Shown here piece after piece: positions 10,867-20,519 of a stretch of DNA of 64,000 nt. The stretch is from NCBI GenBank assembly GCA_963827235.1, contig CAWHAE010000014.1, positions 1 to 64,000 on the forward strand, in the 5' to 3' direction. The stretch comes from an uncultured bacterium. Its GTDB lineage: Bacteria > Chloroflexota > UBA5177 > JANWHV01. The notes below the pieces were generated by a model that was given only the letters and a program-made list of their open reading frames with translations, did not search any database and had not been told where the DNA came from. The position numbers were made by a program, and so were the translations under genes. The stretch's first letter is position 1. Each line of letters opens with the position of its first letter.

Positions 10867-11684
10867 TGGCCGCGCAGCCTCCCCTGGAGAACGATCTGGA
10901 TCGCGGTCTGCGGGCCTGCCGGTCCGCGAACAGCCTGGCCCTGGTGATGTATCTCACCGCGGGATATCCGGACGCGGAGAGCACCGCGCGCTGGGGATCG
11001 CTGCTGGCAGCGAACGGCGCCTCCATCGTCGAGCTCGGCGTGCCGTTCTCGGATCCGCTGGGCGACGGGCCGACCATCCAGCGATCGAGCCAGCGCGCGC
11101 TGGAAGGCGGCATGACCCTGCGCAGGAGCATGGAGCTTGCGGCGACGATTCACGCGAGCGCGAAGCTCCCGGTCGTCATGATGAGCTACTGCAACCCGCT
11201 GATGCGCATGGGCGTGCACGCATTCGCCGAGGCGGCGGCCGTCTCGGGCGTGTCCGGCGTGATCGTGCCCGATCTGCCGGTCGAGGAATCCGGCGATCTA
11301 CACGTGGCGCTGGCGGAGGCCGGCGCGCACCTGATCTACCTGCTCTCTCCCGAGTCCACGCCGGAGCGGATCGAATCCACCGCCTCGGTCGCCGGCGGAT
11401 TCATCTACTGTATGGCTCTGACCGGCGTGACCGGGGCGCGGTCCAGCTTGGCGTCCGGACTGCCGGACTTTCTCAACCGCGTGCGAGCGCTCACCGCGGT
11501 ACCATTGGTAGTCGGGTTCGGCATTTCGCGACCCGAGCATCTGGCCCGGCTCCGCGGATCGGCGGACGGCGCCGTCGTGGCCAGCGCGCTTGTCGACCTG
11601 ATCGACAACACGCCCGAGAATGAGAGAGATGCCGCCATAGCGGCCTACGTGAGGGAGTTGCACGCGTCATGCTCCGCTTCTTGA
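10863..11684 (+). CDS. trpA: Tryptophan synthase alpha chain
   Basis: [40 protein letters not shown]. Confidence 0.96.
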   Translation: MMAAQPPLENDLDRGLRACRSANSLALVMYLTAGYPDAESTARWGSLLAANGASIVELGVPFSDPLGDGPTIQRSSQRALEGGMTLRRSMELAATIHASAKLPVVMMSYCNPLMRMGVHAFAEAAAVSGVSGVIVPDLPVEESGDLHVALAEAGAHLIYLLSPESTPERIESTASVAGGFIYCMALTGVTGARSSLASGLPDFLNRVRALTAVPLVVGFGISRPEHLARLRGSADGAVVASALVDLIDNTPENERDAAIAAYVRELHASCSAS

Positions 11685-12925
11685 CGGCCGGGGAGTCCCA
11701 CGGTCCCCAGCTAACCGTGATCGTGGACGGCTACCCGGCGGGTGTGCCCGTCGACGCAGACTACGTGGATCGCCAGCTCGCACGCAGACAGCAGGGGCAC
11801 GGCCGGAGCGAGCGACAGAAGATGGAGCGCGACCACGCGGCAATCGTGGGTGGCGTGCGCGGGGGGCTAAGCCTCGGCGGCCCGGTCGCCATCACGATCA
11901 ACAACCTGGTGTGGAAAGACTGGCAGTCGCGCATGTCGGTCGAGCCCGGGGACCTGGGCGAGGAGGTGACTCGGCTGCGTCCGGGTCACGCGGACCTGGC
12001 CGGCGCGCTCAAGTACGGGCACACGGACGTGAGGAACGTGCTCGAGCGGGCAAGCGCGCGCGAGACCGCGTCGCGAGTAGCCGTGGGAGCGCTGGCCGGC
12101 CTGCTGCTGGAGCAGTTCGGCATTTGCGTGTGCTGCCACACTGTATCCATCGGATCCGTGTCGGCGTCGCCGCTGCCGCACCGCTATCTGGTGGGCAGAC
12201 CGGGCGCAGACCCGGGTGCCGACTGGCAGCAGCTCTGGCAGGACGTGGAATCCTCTCCCGTGCGTTGCGCCGACCCGGTGGCCGGGCAGGCCATGGTGGC
12301 GCTCGTCGACGAGGCCAAGGCGGGCGGGTACACGTGGGGCGGCGTGGCCCAGGTGATCGGATACAACGTGCCGGCCGGCCTGGGCAGCCACACACAGTGG
12401 GACCGGCGCCTGGACGCGGCACTCGCTGCGGCCCTGATGAGCATTCCCTCCGTCAAGGGGGTGGAGGTAGGTGCCGGCTTCGCCTCGGCAGGCAGTCCCG
12501 GGAACGCGGTGCACGACGTGATCGAATACGCGCCGTCGAGCGGATGGGCGCATCAGTCGAACCGTGCCGGGGGCGTGGAAGGCGGCATGAGCAACGGCGA
12601 GCCGGTGATCGTGCAGGTGGCATTCAAGCCGATCGCCACCATGCGCCACGCCCTGCCATCGGCCGATCTGCGCACCGGGGAGACGGTCTCGGCGCACTAC
12701 GAGCGCTCCGACACCTGCGTCGTGCCGGCCGGGGCCGTGGTTGCCGAGGCGATGGTGCGCTGGGTGCTGGCGAGCGCCCTGTTGGAGAAATGTGGAGGAG
12801 ATTCACTGAAAGAGATGCTGCGCAATTATGAGGGGTTTGTCGACGAGCAACGGGCGCGGGTGCCGGCCGCGACGGCCGGCGAGGATCTGAGCCAGGCGGG
12901 AGGCCACGGTGCAACGAGTCTTTAG
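11669..12925 (+). CDS. aroC: Chorismate synthase
   Basis: [37 protein letters not shown]. Confidence 0.96.
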   Translation: MLRFLTAGESHGPQLTVIVDGYPAGVPVDADYVDRQLARRQQGHGRSERQKMERDHAAIVGGVRGGLSLGGPVAITINNLVWKDWQSRMSVEPGDLGEEVTRLRPGHADLAGALKYGHTDVRNVLERASARETASRVAVGALAGLLLEQFGICVCCHTVSIGSVSASPLPHRYLVGRPGADPGADWQQLWQDVESSPVRCADPVAGQAMVALVDEAKAGGYTWGGVAQVIGYNVPAGLGSHTQWDRRLDAALAAALMSIPSVKGVEVGAGFASAGSPGNAVHDVIEYAPSSGWAHQSNRAGGVEGGMSNGEPVIVQVAFKPIATMRHALPSADLRTGETVSAHYERSDTCVVPAGAVVAEAMVRWVLASALLEKCGGDSLKEMLRNYEGFVDEQRARVPAATAGEDLSQAGGHGATSL

Positions 12926-13895
12926 CGGCATCCAGCCCACCGGCCAGTTCCACCTCGGCGTCTACTACGGTGCCATGAAGAACTGGGTGCAACTGCAGGA
13001 CAGTTACGACTGCGTGTACTGCATCGTCGATCAGCACGCACAGACGATTGAGTACGATCCGTCGCTGCTACAGCAGCGCATCCTGGACGGCGCCTGCCTG
13101 TACCTCGCCAGCGGCCTCGACCCCAAGAAGTGCATCCTGTTCGTGCAGTCGCACGTGAAGGCACACACGGAGCTGGCCTGGTACCTGGGCACGATCGCCT
13201 CGCTCGGACAGCTCGAGCGCATGACCCAGTTCAAGGACAAGGTGGAGCAGCACGGATCGCCGAACCTGGGACTGCTGGCCTATCCGGTGCTGATGGCGGC
13301 CGACATCATGCTCTACAAAGCGGCGGCGGTGCCGGTGGGCGAAGACCAGACGCAGCATCTCGAGCTGACGCGCGACCTGGCTCAACGCTTCAACTCCAGG
13401 TTCGGCGAGGTGCTGGTCGAGCCGCAGATACTTCTCACGCGGGGCAAGCGCATCATCGGGCTCGACAACCAGGGTAAGATGAGCAAGACCAAGCCCGAGC
13501 ACACCAGCATCTTCATGATCGATCCGCCGGACGTGGTGTGGCAGAAAGTGCGGCCGGCGGTGACGGACCCGGCGCGCGTGCGGCGCACGGATCCCGGCGA
13601 TCCGCGGAAGTGCCCGATCGGACTTCTGCACTTCGCGGCATCCAGCGCCGATGACATTGCCTGGGTGGAGCACGGCTGCACGACCGCGGAGATAGGCTGC
13701 ATCGACTGCAAGAAGCTGCTGGCGAAGAACATTGAAGCGGAGATGGGGCCGATCAGGCGGCGCTACGAAGAGCTGCAGGCGACGCCCAACCTGGTATGGG
13801 ATATCCTGCGGGACGGCGCCGATCGGGCGCGCCGCATCGCCACGGCCGTGATTGAGGAAGTGCGCGTCGCCATGGGCATTGAGCCGCCGAGGTAA
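12909..13895 (+). CDS. trpS: Tryptophanyl-tRNA synthetase
   Basis: FSGIQPTG..HLG, FVQSHV, YPVLMAADI, PVGEDQTQH, KMSK. Confidence 0.96.
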   Translation: MQRVFSGIQPTGQFHLGVYYGAMKNWVQLQDSYDCVYCIVDQHAQTIEYDPSLLQQRILDGACLYLASGLDPKKCILFVQSHVKAHTELAWYLGTIASLGQLERMTQFKDKVEQHGSPNLGLLAYPVLMAADIMLYKAAAVPVGEDQTQHLELTRDLAQRFNSRFGEVLVEPQILLTRGKRIIGLDNQGKMSKTKPEHTSIFMIDPPDVVWQKVRPAVTDPARVRRTDPGDPRKCPIGLLHFAASSADDIAWVEHGCTTAEIGCIDCKKLLAKNIEAEMGPIRRRYEELQATPNLVWDILRDGADRARRIATAVIEEVRVAMGIEPPR

Positions 13896-13930
13896 ACGCG
13901 ATCCATCCCCGAGCACGGAGCAGGCCACAA

Positions 13931-13959
13931 TTGCCTGCGGCCCTCTTCGGTGGTAGTAT
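13931..13959 (+). promoter_or_regulatory. Promoter of tRNA-Pro
   Basis: TTGCCT-17bp-TAGTAT with an extended -10 TG. Confidence 0.7.
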
Positions 13960-13968
13960 TAGCAGGCA

Positions 13969-14045
<77 letters not shown>

Positions 14046-14061
14046 CGGATTCAAGGGTAAG

Positions 14062-14106
14062 AATGGCTCCGGCTGAGGTCCCTATGGGGGACCTCCGGGG
14101 CCATTT
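14062..14106 (+). terminator. Hairpin/terminator after tRNA-Pro
   Basis: AATGGCTCCGG..GAGGTCCC-loop-GGGACCTC..CCGGGGCCATT. Confidence 0.65.
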
Positions 14107-14174
14107 GTGCGATATTTGTGCGATGGCGGTTTTGGCCCTGCGGCGACAGGGGGCGGATGATGCGGCTAAGCACT

Positions 14175-14579
14175 ATGGGGAAAATCATTGAGGGCCTATT
14201 CATACGCAAGCTGAGAGACCTGAATCAGCAGATCATGTCGGTGGCCGAAGAGTACGATGCGTTGCGAGTTTCTGCCCTGCTACGCCAGTTGCTGCTCGAC
14301 GGTAACCCCCTGATGCACCAAGCCAGGAACGTCTATAAGCAACGCCATCCCGGCACTCCCTTGGATATCCAGTTGCAAGTCAACCGCTACGGCGCGCCGG
14401 ACAAGAAGGACTGGCGCCTCGACTACTTGATCTCACCTGCGTGCGCGCCCTCATATGCGCTGCGCAGCAGACGCCGCGCGCTCTACCTGCGCCTGGGTGG
14501 CCGAGCCTACTCCACCCCTCCACGGCTGAGGGGGTCTGGGGGAGACTGGCCAGGATTCCGGCAAGATAACGGCCATTGA
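14175..14579 (+). CDS. Hypothetical protein or gene remnant
   Basis: Protein-like N-terminal half (SALLRQLLLDGNPL), low-complexity C-terminal half, lower GC than its neighbours. Confidence 0.35.
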   Translation: MGKIIEGLFIRKLRDLNQQIMSVAEEYDALRVSALLRQLLLDGNPLMHQARNVYKQRHPGTPLDIQLQVNRYGAPDKKDWRLDYLISPACAPSYALRSRRRALYLRLGGRAYSTPPRLRGSGGDWPGFRQDNGH

Positions 14580-14640
14580 GCCAAGGAGTTGGCGTGGCCG
14601 CTCTTTGTTATCAGGGTGAAATTGCGCCTAAGGACGGTAC

Positions 14641-15123
14641 TTACAGCTTCTTGAAGTATCGGGCGACCGGGACCACCCCGAAGCCCAACTTTTCATAGGT
14701 GCGCCGTGCGGGGGCATGGCCCGGATCACCACCTGTCTCGACCATCGCAACCGCCATCCCCGCCTCGCTCAGCCAGGTGAGTCCGACGCTCATCAGGGCA
14801 CTGCCGATGCCGCGCCCTTGATAGTCTGGATCGACCGCAATCATATAGACCTCGCCCAGTTTATCCTCCGCATGGAGCCTCACGGCGACGAAACCCACGG
14901 GTACCTTCGCGTCGAGAGCGACCCAGACGTGCATGTCCGCATTCGCGCAGACCGCTGCGACCGCTTGGCGCTGTGAGACACGCCAATCAGGCACGAGCGC
15001 CGCGTACACCTCGGGGTCCATGACCTGTGCGAGTGACGCGAACAACGGAGCCCAAGCCCGCAGCGATAGACGTTCGACGGCCTCAAGGTGCTGCGCCTGG
15101 TAGGGGTCAATATGCGGTGCCAT
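14641..15123 (-). CDS. GNAT N-acetyltransferase
   Basis: IAVDPDYQGRGIGSAL motif A; PARRTYEKLGF. Confidence 0.9.
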   Translation of the reverse strand: MAPHIDPYQAQHLEAVERLSLRAWAPLFASLAQVMDPEVYAALVPDWRVSQRQAVAAVCANADMHVWVALDAKVPVGFVAVRLHAEDKLGEVYMIAVDPDYQGRGIGSALMSVGLTWLSEAGMAVAMVETGGDPGHAPARRTYEKLGFGVVPVARYFKKL

Positions 15124-15342
15124 CCATCTTCCCGTCGATGGTCGTGCCGGAGGTCCGCAATTGAGGGCAGTACGCTAAGCGACCCACGCCCGACGGCTTC
15201 ATTGTACCGGTTGGAGCCGCCTTTCGAAGGCACCAGCCTTGACGGCTAGAGCGAGTCCAGAAGCGTTGTGGGAGACTGAAAGCACGTTGTTTCGCGCCAC
15301 CATCGCTGTCGTACTGGCACCTCAGAGAAAGGCAAAGGCACC

Positions 15343-16266
15343 TTGGGCTTGGATATCCGTCCTGAGACCATCGCCGACTACGCTGCGATCGCGGATCTCC
15401 AGTGGCGCGCCTTCGGTCATCGTGCGGCTGAGGCCCTCATCGTCGCGCTGCACCGCCAGCGAAGCGCATTCGACCCCGAGCTCTCGCTCGTGGCCCAGAT
15501 GGATGGTCGCATCGTTGGGCACGTGCTCTTCTCCCCTCACCAAATGCGCCTGCTTGACCAGACCGTGCCAGCGGTCAACCTCGCACCAATCGCTGTCGAT
15601 CCGTCTTATCAGCGACAGGGGATCGGCGGGCGCCTGATCGCCGAGGGGCACGGCATTGCGACGGCAAAGGGCTACGCCGTGAGCTTCCTGCTCGGGCATA
15701 CGGACTACTATCCGCGCTTCGGATACCGAATCCACGCTTACGGGTCCGCCCAGACGGCAGTAGCGGTCGGTGCGCCTGTAGGGGAGCTGTTGGAGCAGCG
15801 TACGCCGACGTCCAAGGACATCCCAGCTCTGCGCACCCTCTGGCGACACGACGAGGCAGCCGTTGATTTCGCGCTTGATCCCGGCTCCGACCTCCTCGAC
15901 TGGCTCAGCCCCAACCCGGCGGTGCGAGCGACGGCTTATGTGCGCAATGGCGAGGTTGTCGGCTACACGCGCATCCACGCGGCCGGGGCGGCAAAGGCAC
16001 GCGTATTCCTCGCGCGCGATGGTGCAACAGCCTGCTCCGTTGCCTGTCTGATCGCCCGAGACGCAAGCACACCCGCGATCGTCTTGCCGATCCATCCAGC
16101 TGCCGTGTCGGCCGCTGCCTTTGCTCGTCCGACTTGCGAGACCTGGCCAGCGGCCATGGCCTGCGACCTTGCACCGAGCCCGCTGGATGAGTACTTCGCT
16201 CAGGTGCAGGCGGGACGCCGACCACCAGGTCGCGTGACGTGGCCCGTGGCCTTCGACCTGGAGTAG
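15343..16266 (+). CDS. GNAT N-acetyltransferase (YhbS-like domain with C-terminal extension)
   Basis: ELSLVA..GRIVGHVLFS, LAPIAVDPSYQRQGIG, LGHTDYYPRFGY. Confidence 0.88.
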   Translation: MGLDIRPETIADYAAIADLQWRAFGHRAAEALIVALHRQRSAFDPELSLVAQMDGRIVGHVLFSPHQMRLLDQTVPAVNLAPIAVDPSYQRQGIGGRLIAEGHGIATAKGYAVSFLLGHTDYYPRFGYRIHAYGSAQTAVAVGAPVGELLEQRTPTSKDIPALRTLWRHDEAAVDFALDPGSDLLDWLSPNPAVRATAYVRNGEVVGYTRIHAAGAAKARVFLARDGATACSVACLIARDASTPAIVLPIHPAAVSAAAFARPTCETWPAAMACDLAPSPLDEYFAQVQAGRRPPGRVTWPVAFDLE

Positions 16267-16883
16267 TCGAGGAACGTGTGTTGACCAGGCCAGCACGGCC
16301 AGATCCACTGCTATGCGCCCCTGGTTGCAGTGCACCCCCAATGGGCCGTTGCGGCGGGCGGACATCCTCGATTTGAATGCGCTCTGATGACCCTTCAGAA
16401 GGTCAAGGGGTGAGATTCGCGCACCTCAACCCGGTTTTCAGGGGGAATATGGTGCCGGTGAGGCCTCACCATCCCCGCCTCCGCTGCCGCTTGTGCGACA
16501 GTTGTGCGCTTTCACGTGTGGTCGGGCTCCGTCGCGGGTACTGGATCAGTGATCGCGTCGGAGACGCGCTCTCTGTCTGCTCACTTTCGAATGCCCGGCC
16601 GTTGACGGTCGGTCGCGCCCGCTGCACTCGGAGGGTGCCGACGATCAAGCAGAAGCTGGGTTTGCTCTCAGACGTCGACCGCTACGTGCTCTAGGTCCTC
16701 GCCAGCTGATTTGGATGTGATTGCCCCGGCTGCATCCCCGGGCCCGCAGGAGGTCCTCACTAGCCGGCGATACCACCGTGGGCTGCGCAGCGCAGCGTGG
16801 CCAGACGCTTGTGCGCCCGCAGCGAACAACACGCAGAAAGGAGACTGCCAACCTCTCTCCACTTTCAGCGTACGGCGCACCGG

Positions 16884-16919
16884 GGGGCTTGCGGCACGGC
16901 CCGGGAGGTGCCGTATAAT
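16884..16919 (+). promoter_or_regulatory. Rifamycin-associated element (RAE) with overlapping promoter
   Basis: GGGGCTTGCGGCACGGCCC (16884-16902) matches 18/19 of the recalled RAE consensus GGGGCTTGCGGCAAGGCCC; TTGCGG-19bp-TATAAT. Confidence 0.8.
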
Positions 16920-16960
16920 CGCCGGACGAGGCCAGAACCGACGGAAAGGGGACTCACGAC

Positions 16961-17750
16961 GTGCGAGTGGTGTTGTCGACGTATGGGGGGCGCGGTGACG
17001 TCGAACCGCTGGTGGCACTCGCGGTGGCTCCGCGGGCACTCGGCGCGGAGACGGTGGTGTGCGCGCCGCCGGACCGCACGGAGCGGCTGGCCGAGGTCGG
17101 CGTGCTGGTGGTGCCGGTCGGCCCCCCGGTGCGCCCGTTGCTGCACGGGGCGACGAGGCCGTCCGCGGCGGACGTGCCCCGGATCGCGGCCGAGTCGACG
17201 TCCGCACAGCTCGACGCGCTCGCCGCGGCTGCCGAGGGATGGGATGCGCTGGTGACGACCGGCCTGCTGCCGCCCGCGGCGAGCGCGCGGTCGGTGGCCG
17301 AGAAGCTCGGCATCCGCTATGTCTACGCCGCCTACTGTCCGATCTCTGATTCCAGGACCGCACCACCCTCCGATGCCGTTTCCCGGTCGGCCGCTCCCAC
17401 CCGAAGTGGCCGACAACCGGGTGCTCTGGGACCTGAACTCCCGGGTCGCGAACGACTTGTTCGGCGAGGCACTCAACACCCGCAGGGCCGCAATCGGCCT
17501 GCCACCGGTGGACAACGTCTACGACTACGCCTTCACTCGCCACCCCTGGCTGGCGGCGGACTCGAACCTGGGCCCTTTGGATGAGCCGACCGATGCCAAC
17601 ATCATGCAAACGGGGGCGTGGATCCTGCCTGACGAACGCCTGCTCCCGGCCGAGCTGCTCGCGTTCCTGGACGCCGGCACCCTACCAGTGCACGTGGGCT
17701 TCGGCAGCATGCCCACCCCGAAGGACATCGCCCAGGTCACCATCGCGCGC
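16961..17750 (+). pseudogene. rgt: GT1 glycosyltransferase, rifampin glycosyltransferase (Rgt)/GtfB-like; frameshift near 17350 and 3'-truncated
   Basis: MRVVLSTYGGRGDVEPLVALA..CAPPD, ARSVAEKLGIRY, PWLAAD, QTGAWILPDER, PVHVGFGSM; the UDP-binding HHGGAGT region is absent. Confidence 0.75.
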
Positions 17751-17969
17751 CGCGTCGTCCTGCTCACGGACAGGCGGCACAATCTCGGCCCGGCCCCGAC
17801 GTGGCGCGCGGCCTCGTGCTGCCGGCAGCCGCCCCGTTCGGGCGAGTGCCTTCCGCAGCAGATACTCGATCTGAGCGTTGGTGCTTCGCAGCTCATCGCC
17901 GGCCCAACGGGCCAGCGCGTCGTATACGGCAGGGTCCAGCCGAAGCATGAGGCTCTTGCGTTCAGCCAT
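17682..17969 (-). CDS. Arc/ribbon-helix-helix DNA-binding protein (SPFH-associated); the C-terminus reads into the rgt remnant
   Basis: MAERKSLMLRLDPAVYDALARWAGDELRSTNAQIEYLLRKAL. Confidence 0.8.
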   Translation of the reverse strand: MAERKSLMLRLDPAVYDALARWAGDELRSTNAQIEYLLRKALARTGRLPAARGRAPRRGRAEIVPPVREQDDAARDGDLGDVLRGGHAAEAHVHW

Positions 17970-17975
17970 TGGCCA

Positions 17976-18356
17976 TCACGCCGATCCACGGCACTGATAG
18001 AGTGAACCGGCATTGATCACCGGTTGAGTCGCGTGATCGTAGTACGGTACCACGAGCAGTTTCGACACCTTCGCCGCCTTGCGTTCCTCATCCGGTGCCA
18101 CGGCGCCGTGCTCGGCCAGGCGCGCCGGGGCCCCTTTCACCATGTCCGCCGCACCCGCTACAAACCGCTGACCCGTGGCCGGCACGGCGCCGGACTGCTG
18201 GTCGAGCGAGCAGAGAGCAGCCCTACCTGCCACACTGAGTCGGATTGCACCGCGCAAGACTGTCAGGCCGATCGTGAGCATCGGCAACCCGGGCAGGGTG
18301 TGCGCGGAATGCTCCTGTACTTGTAATATGGGCTCACTCACTGCGATCTCGTCCAT
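17976..18356 (-). pseudogene. SPFH/band-7 protein remnant with the internal domain deleted
   Basis: N-terminal TM segment joined to the degenerate C-terminal signature QRFVAGAADMV...DEERKAAKVSKLLVV...QPVINAGSLY. Confidence 0.75.
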
Positions 18357-18406
18357 GGTTCGTGCGACCACTGCGGATGCTTCCTCTGCACTGTAGTTGT
18401 CACCAA

Positions 18407-18426
18407 GATATCATTGTGATATCATT
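18407..18426. promoter_or_regulatory. Tandem GATATCATT boxes, candidate RHH operator
   Basis: GATATCATT at 18407 and 18418 (11-bp period, GATATC core) between divergent genes. Confidence 0.55.
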
Positions 18427-18450
18427 CTGGCAAGGAAGAGGGCTCAGAAT

Positions 18451-19440
18451 GTGACGGAACGCATGCTGGCATCCGATCGGCCGACGAATGGACGGCGACA
18501 CGGTCCGGCGCTCTCAGCCCGAGGTCTGACGAAGTGCTTCGGCGACCGCGTTGCGTTCCAGGATGTCTCGTTCGAGATCGGCTACGGCGAAGTCTTCGGC
18601 TTCCTCGGGCCGAACGGCGCCGGGAAGACGACGACCGTCCGGGCGTTGGGTACGCTCATTGCTCCGACCTCGGGCACGGCGACGGTGGCAGGCCTCGCTC
18701 TCACGCCGGAGAACGGCGAGCAGATTCGCCAGCGGATCGCGATCATGCCGGAAGCGCCGGGCCTCTACCTCCGCTTGACTGTCGCCGAGAACCTGGCGTG
18801 CGTCGCGGGGCTGTACGAGCTTCCCAGGGCGGCAGAGCGCATCGAGCGCGCTCTGCAGGCCGTCAATCTCGCCGGGCGGGCCGACGACGTCTGCGGCAAA
18901 TTGTCCAAAGGGTTACGCCAGCGCGTGAGTCTGGCCAGGGCGCTGCTCAACGATGCGGCTGTGCTCTTCCTCGACGAGCCGACGTCCGGCCTCGACCCGG
19001 TCGCCGCGCGCGATGTCCACGACCTGATCGGCGGGCTGCGTGAAAGGGGCGTGACGATCTTTCTCACCACGCACCGCCTCGAGGAGGCGGAACGCCTCTG
19101 CGACCGTGTCGCGCTCTTGAACACGACCTTGCGCGCTGTCGGCCGGCCCGATGACCTGCGTCGGCAGCTCTTTGCCAGGACGCTCACAGTCAGGACGCTA
19201 GGACCGCTCCCCGAGCCGGCCAGTGTCTTCAGCGGCGTCCCGGGCGCCGCCGGATGGCGCCAGGACGGCCCTGCCACCTATGTCCTGACGGTGACCGACG
19301 CCACGGCCGCAGCGCCTGCGCTTACCAGGGCGTTGGTCGCGGCCGGAGCTGACGTACTCTCGCTCGCCGAGTCGCGGCACTCGCTCGAAGACGTCTACCT
19401 TGAGCTGATCGGCGAGGACGTGGAGGCAGGCATCCAATGA
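18451..19440 (+). CDS. ABC-2/DrrA-type exporter ATP-binding protein
   Basis: GPNGAGKTT, LSKGLRQR, FLDEPTSGLDP, LTTH, SLEDVYL. Confidence 0.92.
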   Translation: MTERMLASDRPTNGRRHGPALSARGLTKCFGDRVAFQDVSFEIGYGEVFGFLGPNGAGKTTTVRALGTLIAPTSGTATVAGLALTPENGEQIRQRIAIMPEAPGLYLRLTVAENLACVAGLYELPRAAERIERALQAVNLAGRADDVCGKLSKGLRQRVSLARALLNDAAVLFLDEPTSGLDPVAARDVHDLIGGLRERGVTIFLTTHRLEEAERLCDRVALLNTTLRAVGRPDDLRRQLFARTLTVRTLGPLPEPASVFSGVPGAAGWRQDGPATYVLTVTDATAAAPALTRALVAAGADVLSLAESRHSLEDVYLELIGEDVEAGIQ

Positions 19441-20156
19441 ATATACACATGACCCGCGTGCGGGCCCTCTACCGCAAGGAACTCTGCGAGTACCGGCGCA
19501 GCCGCTTCATTGTGGTCACTATGGCGGCTATTCCACTGGGCCTCGTCATCTTCCCGCTGATCTTGGTCATCGCGCTCCCTGCGTCGGATGCGAATACACT
19601 TGGTGGCGATCCGCTGGAGATCCTCCTGGGGATCCCGGCTCTCGTGCCGTCGGTTGTCGCTACCTACGCGGTGGTCGGGGAGCGGGAGCAGGGCACGCTC
19701 GAGCCCGTGCTCACGACACCCATTCGGCGCGACGAGCTGGTGCTGGCCAAGGCCCTGGCGGCCCTCGTGCCGACGCTGACGGTCGCCTATGCGGTGTTCG
19801 CCCTTTACGTCGCCTGTACCAAGCTCTTCGCCCAGCCGGCCGTGGCGTCGGCGGTGCTGCAAGGCCCGGACCTGCTCGCTCAGGTCGTCTTCACGCCGCT
19901 CCTCGCCACCTTGTCCATCTGGGTCGGCATCGCGATCTCCACGCGCTCGAGCGATGTCCGCGTCGCTCAGCAGCTCGGAGCGATCTCGGGTCTCCCCGTC
20001 ATCCTGGTGGTCTATCTCATGACCTTCAACGTAATTCACGCGACGCTTGGCCTGACCCTTGGCGCCGGGGCAGCGCTCCTTTTCCTCGACGGAATGGGCT
20101 GGCGGTTGGTGTCCGCCGCCTTCGACCGCGAACGACTTATCACAGGTAGCCGATGA
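19437..20156 (+). CDS. ABC-2 exporter permease
   Basis: Multiple TM segments, VGEREQGTLEPVLTTPI..LAK, FDRERL. Confidence 0.88.
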   Translation: MNIHMTRVRALYRKELCEYRRSRFIVVTMAAIPLGLVIFPLILVIALPASDANTLGGDPLEILLGIPALVPSVVATYAVVGEREQGTLEPVLTTPIRRDELVLAKALAALVPTLTVAYAVFALYVACTKLFAQPAVASAVLQGPDLLAQVVFTPLLATLSIWVGIAISTRSSDVRVAQQLGAISGLPVILVVYLMTFNVIHATLGLTLGAGAALLFLDGMGWRLVSAAFDRERLITGSR

Positions 20157-20199
20157 GGGTGGAAACACCACGTTCACTCTCACAAGGAAGGAGACAAAC

Positions 20200-20433
20200 A
20201 TGCGCCGGTGGAGAAAGTCGTACACGGGCTACAGTCTGGGTTGTGCGGTGGTGTGGGCGTTCATCTTGGTATTCACGACGCGACGCGGTGACGCAGACAG
20301 GGCGCCCACCTATCGCTCGGTATGCGCCGGCTGGTGGCTGGGGTGGCTATCCGCCACCATCGCGCGATCGGTCTATCCGCCGCCGGGGTCTGCTGTCGTT
20401 CCAGGTGCTCGCACCGCACCACCTCTCCCTTGA
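20200..20433 (+). CDS. Small two-TM membrane protein
   Basis: AAGGAG RBS; two hydrophobic segments, GWWLGWLSATIARSVYPPP. Confidence 0.65.
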   Translation: MRRWRKSYTGYSLGCAVVWAFILVFTTRRGDADRAPTYRSVCAGWWLGWLSATIARSVYPPPGSAVVPGARTAPPLP

Positions 20434-20519
20434 CACGCGGAAGGTGATCCGGACCTGCTCGGCCGTCGTACTACCTGCGTGGATGTTCGACATTGAGTAG
20501 TTCTGAGGGAGGTAAGCAC

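Noticed and set aside
16961-17750. Glycopeptide biosynthetic cluster (GtfB-like gene)
   Set aside because: No NRPS, oxy or halogenase genes nearby, and the RAE favours rifamycin resistance.
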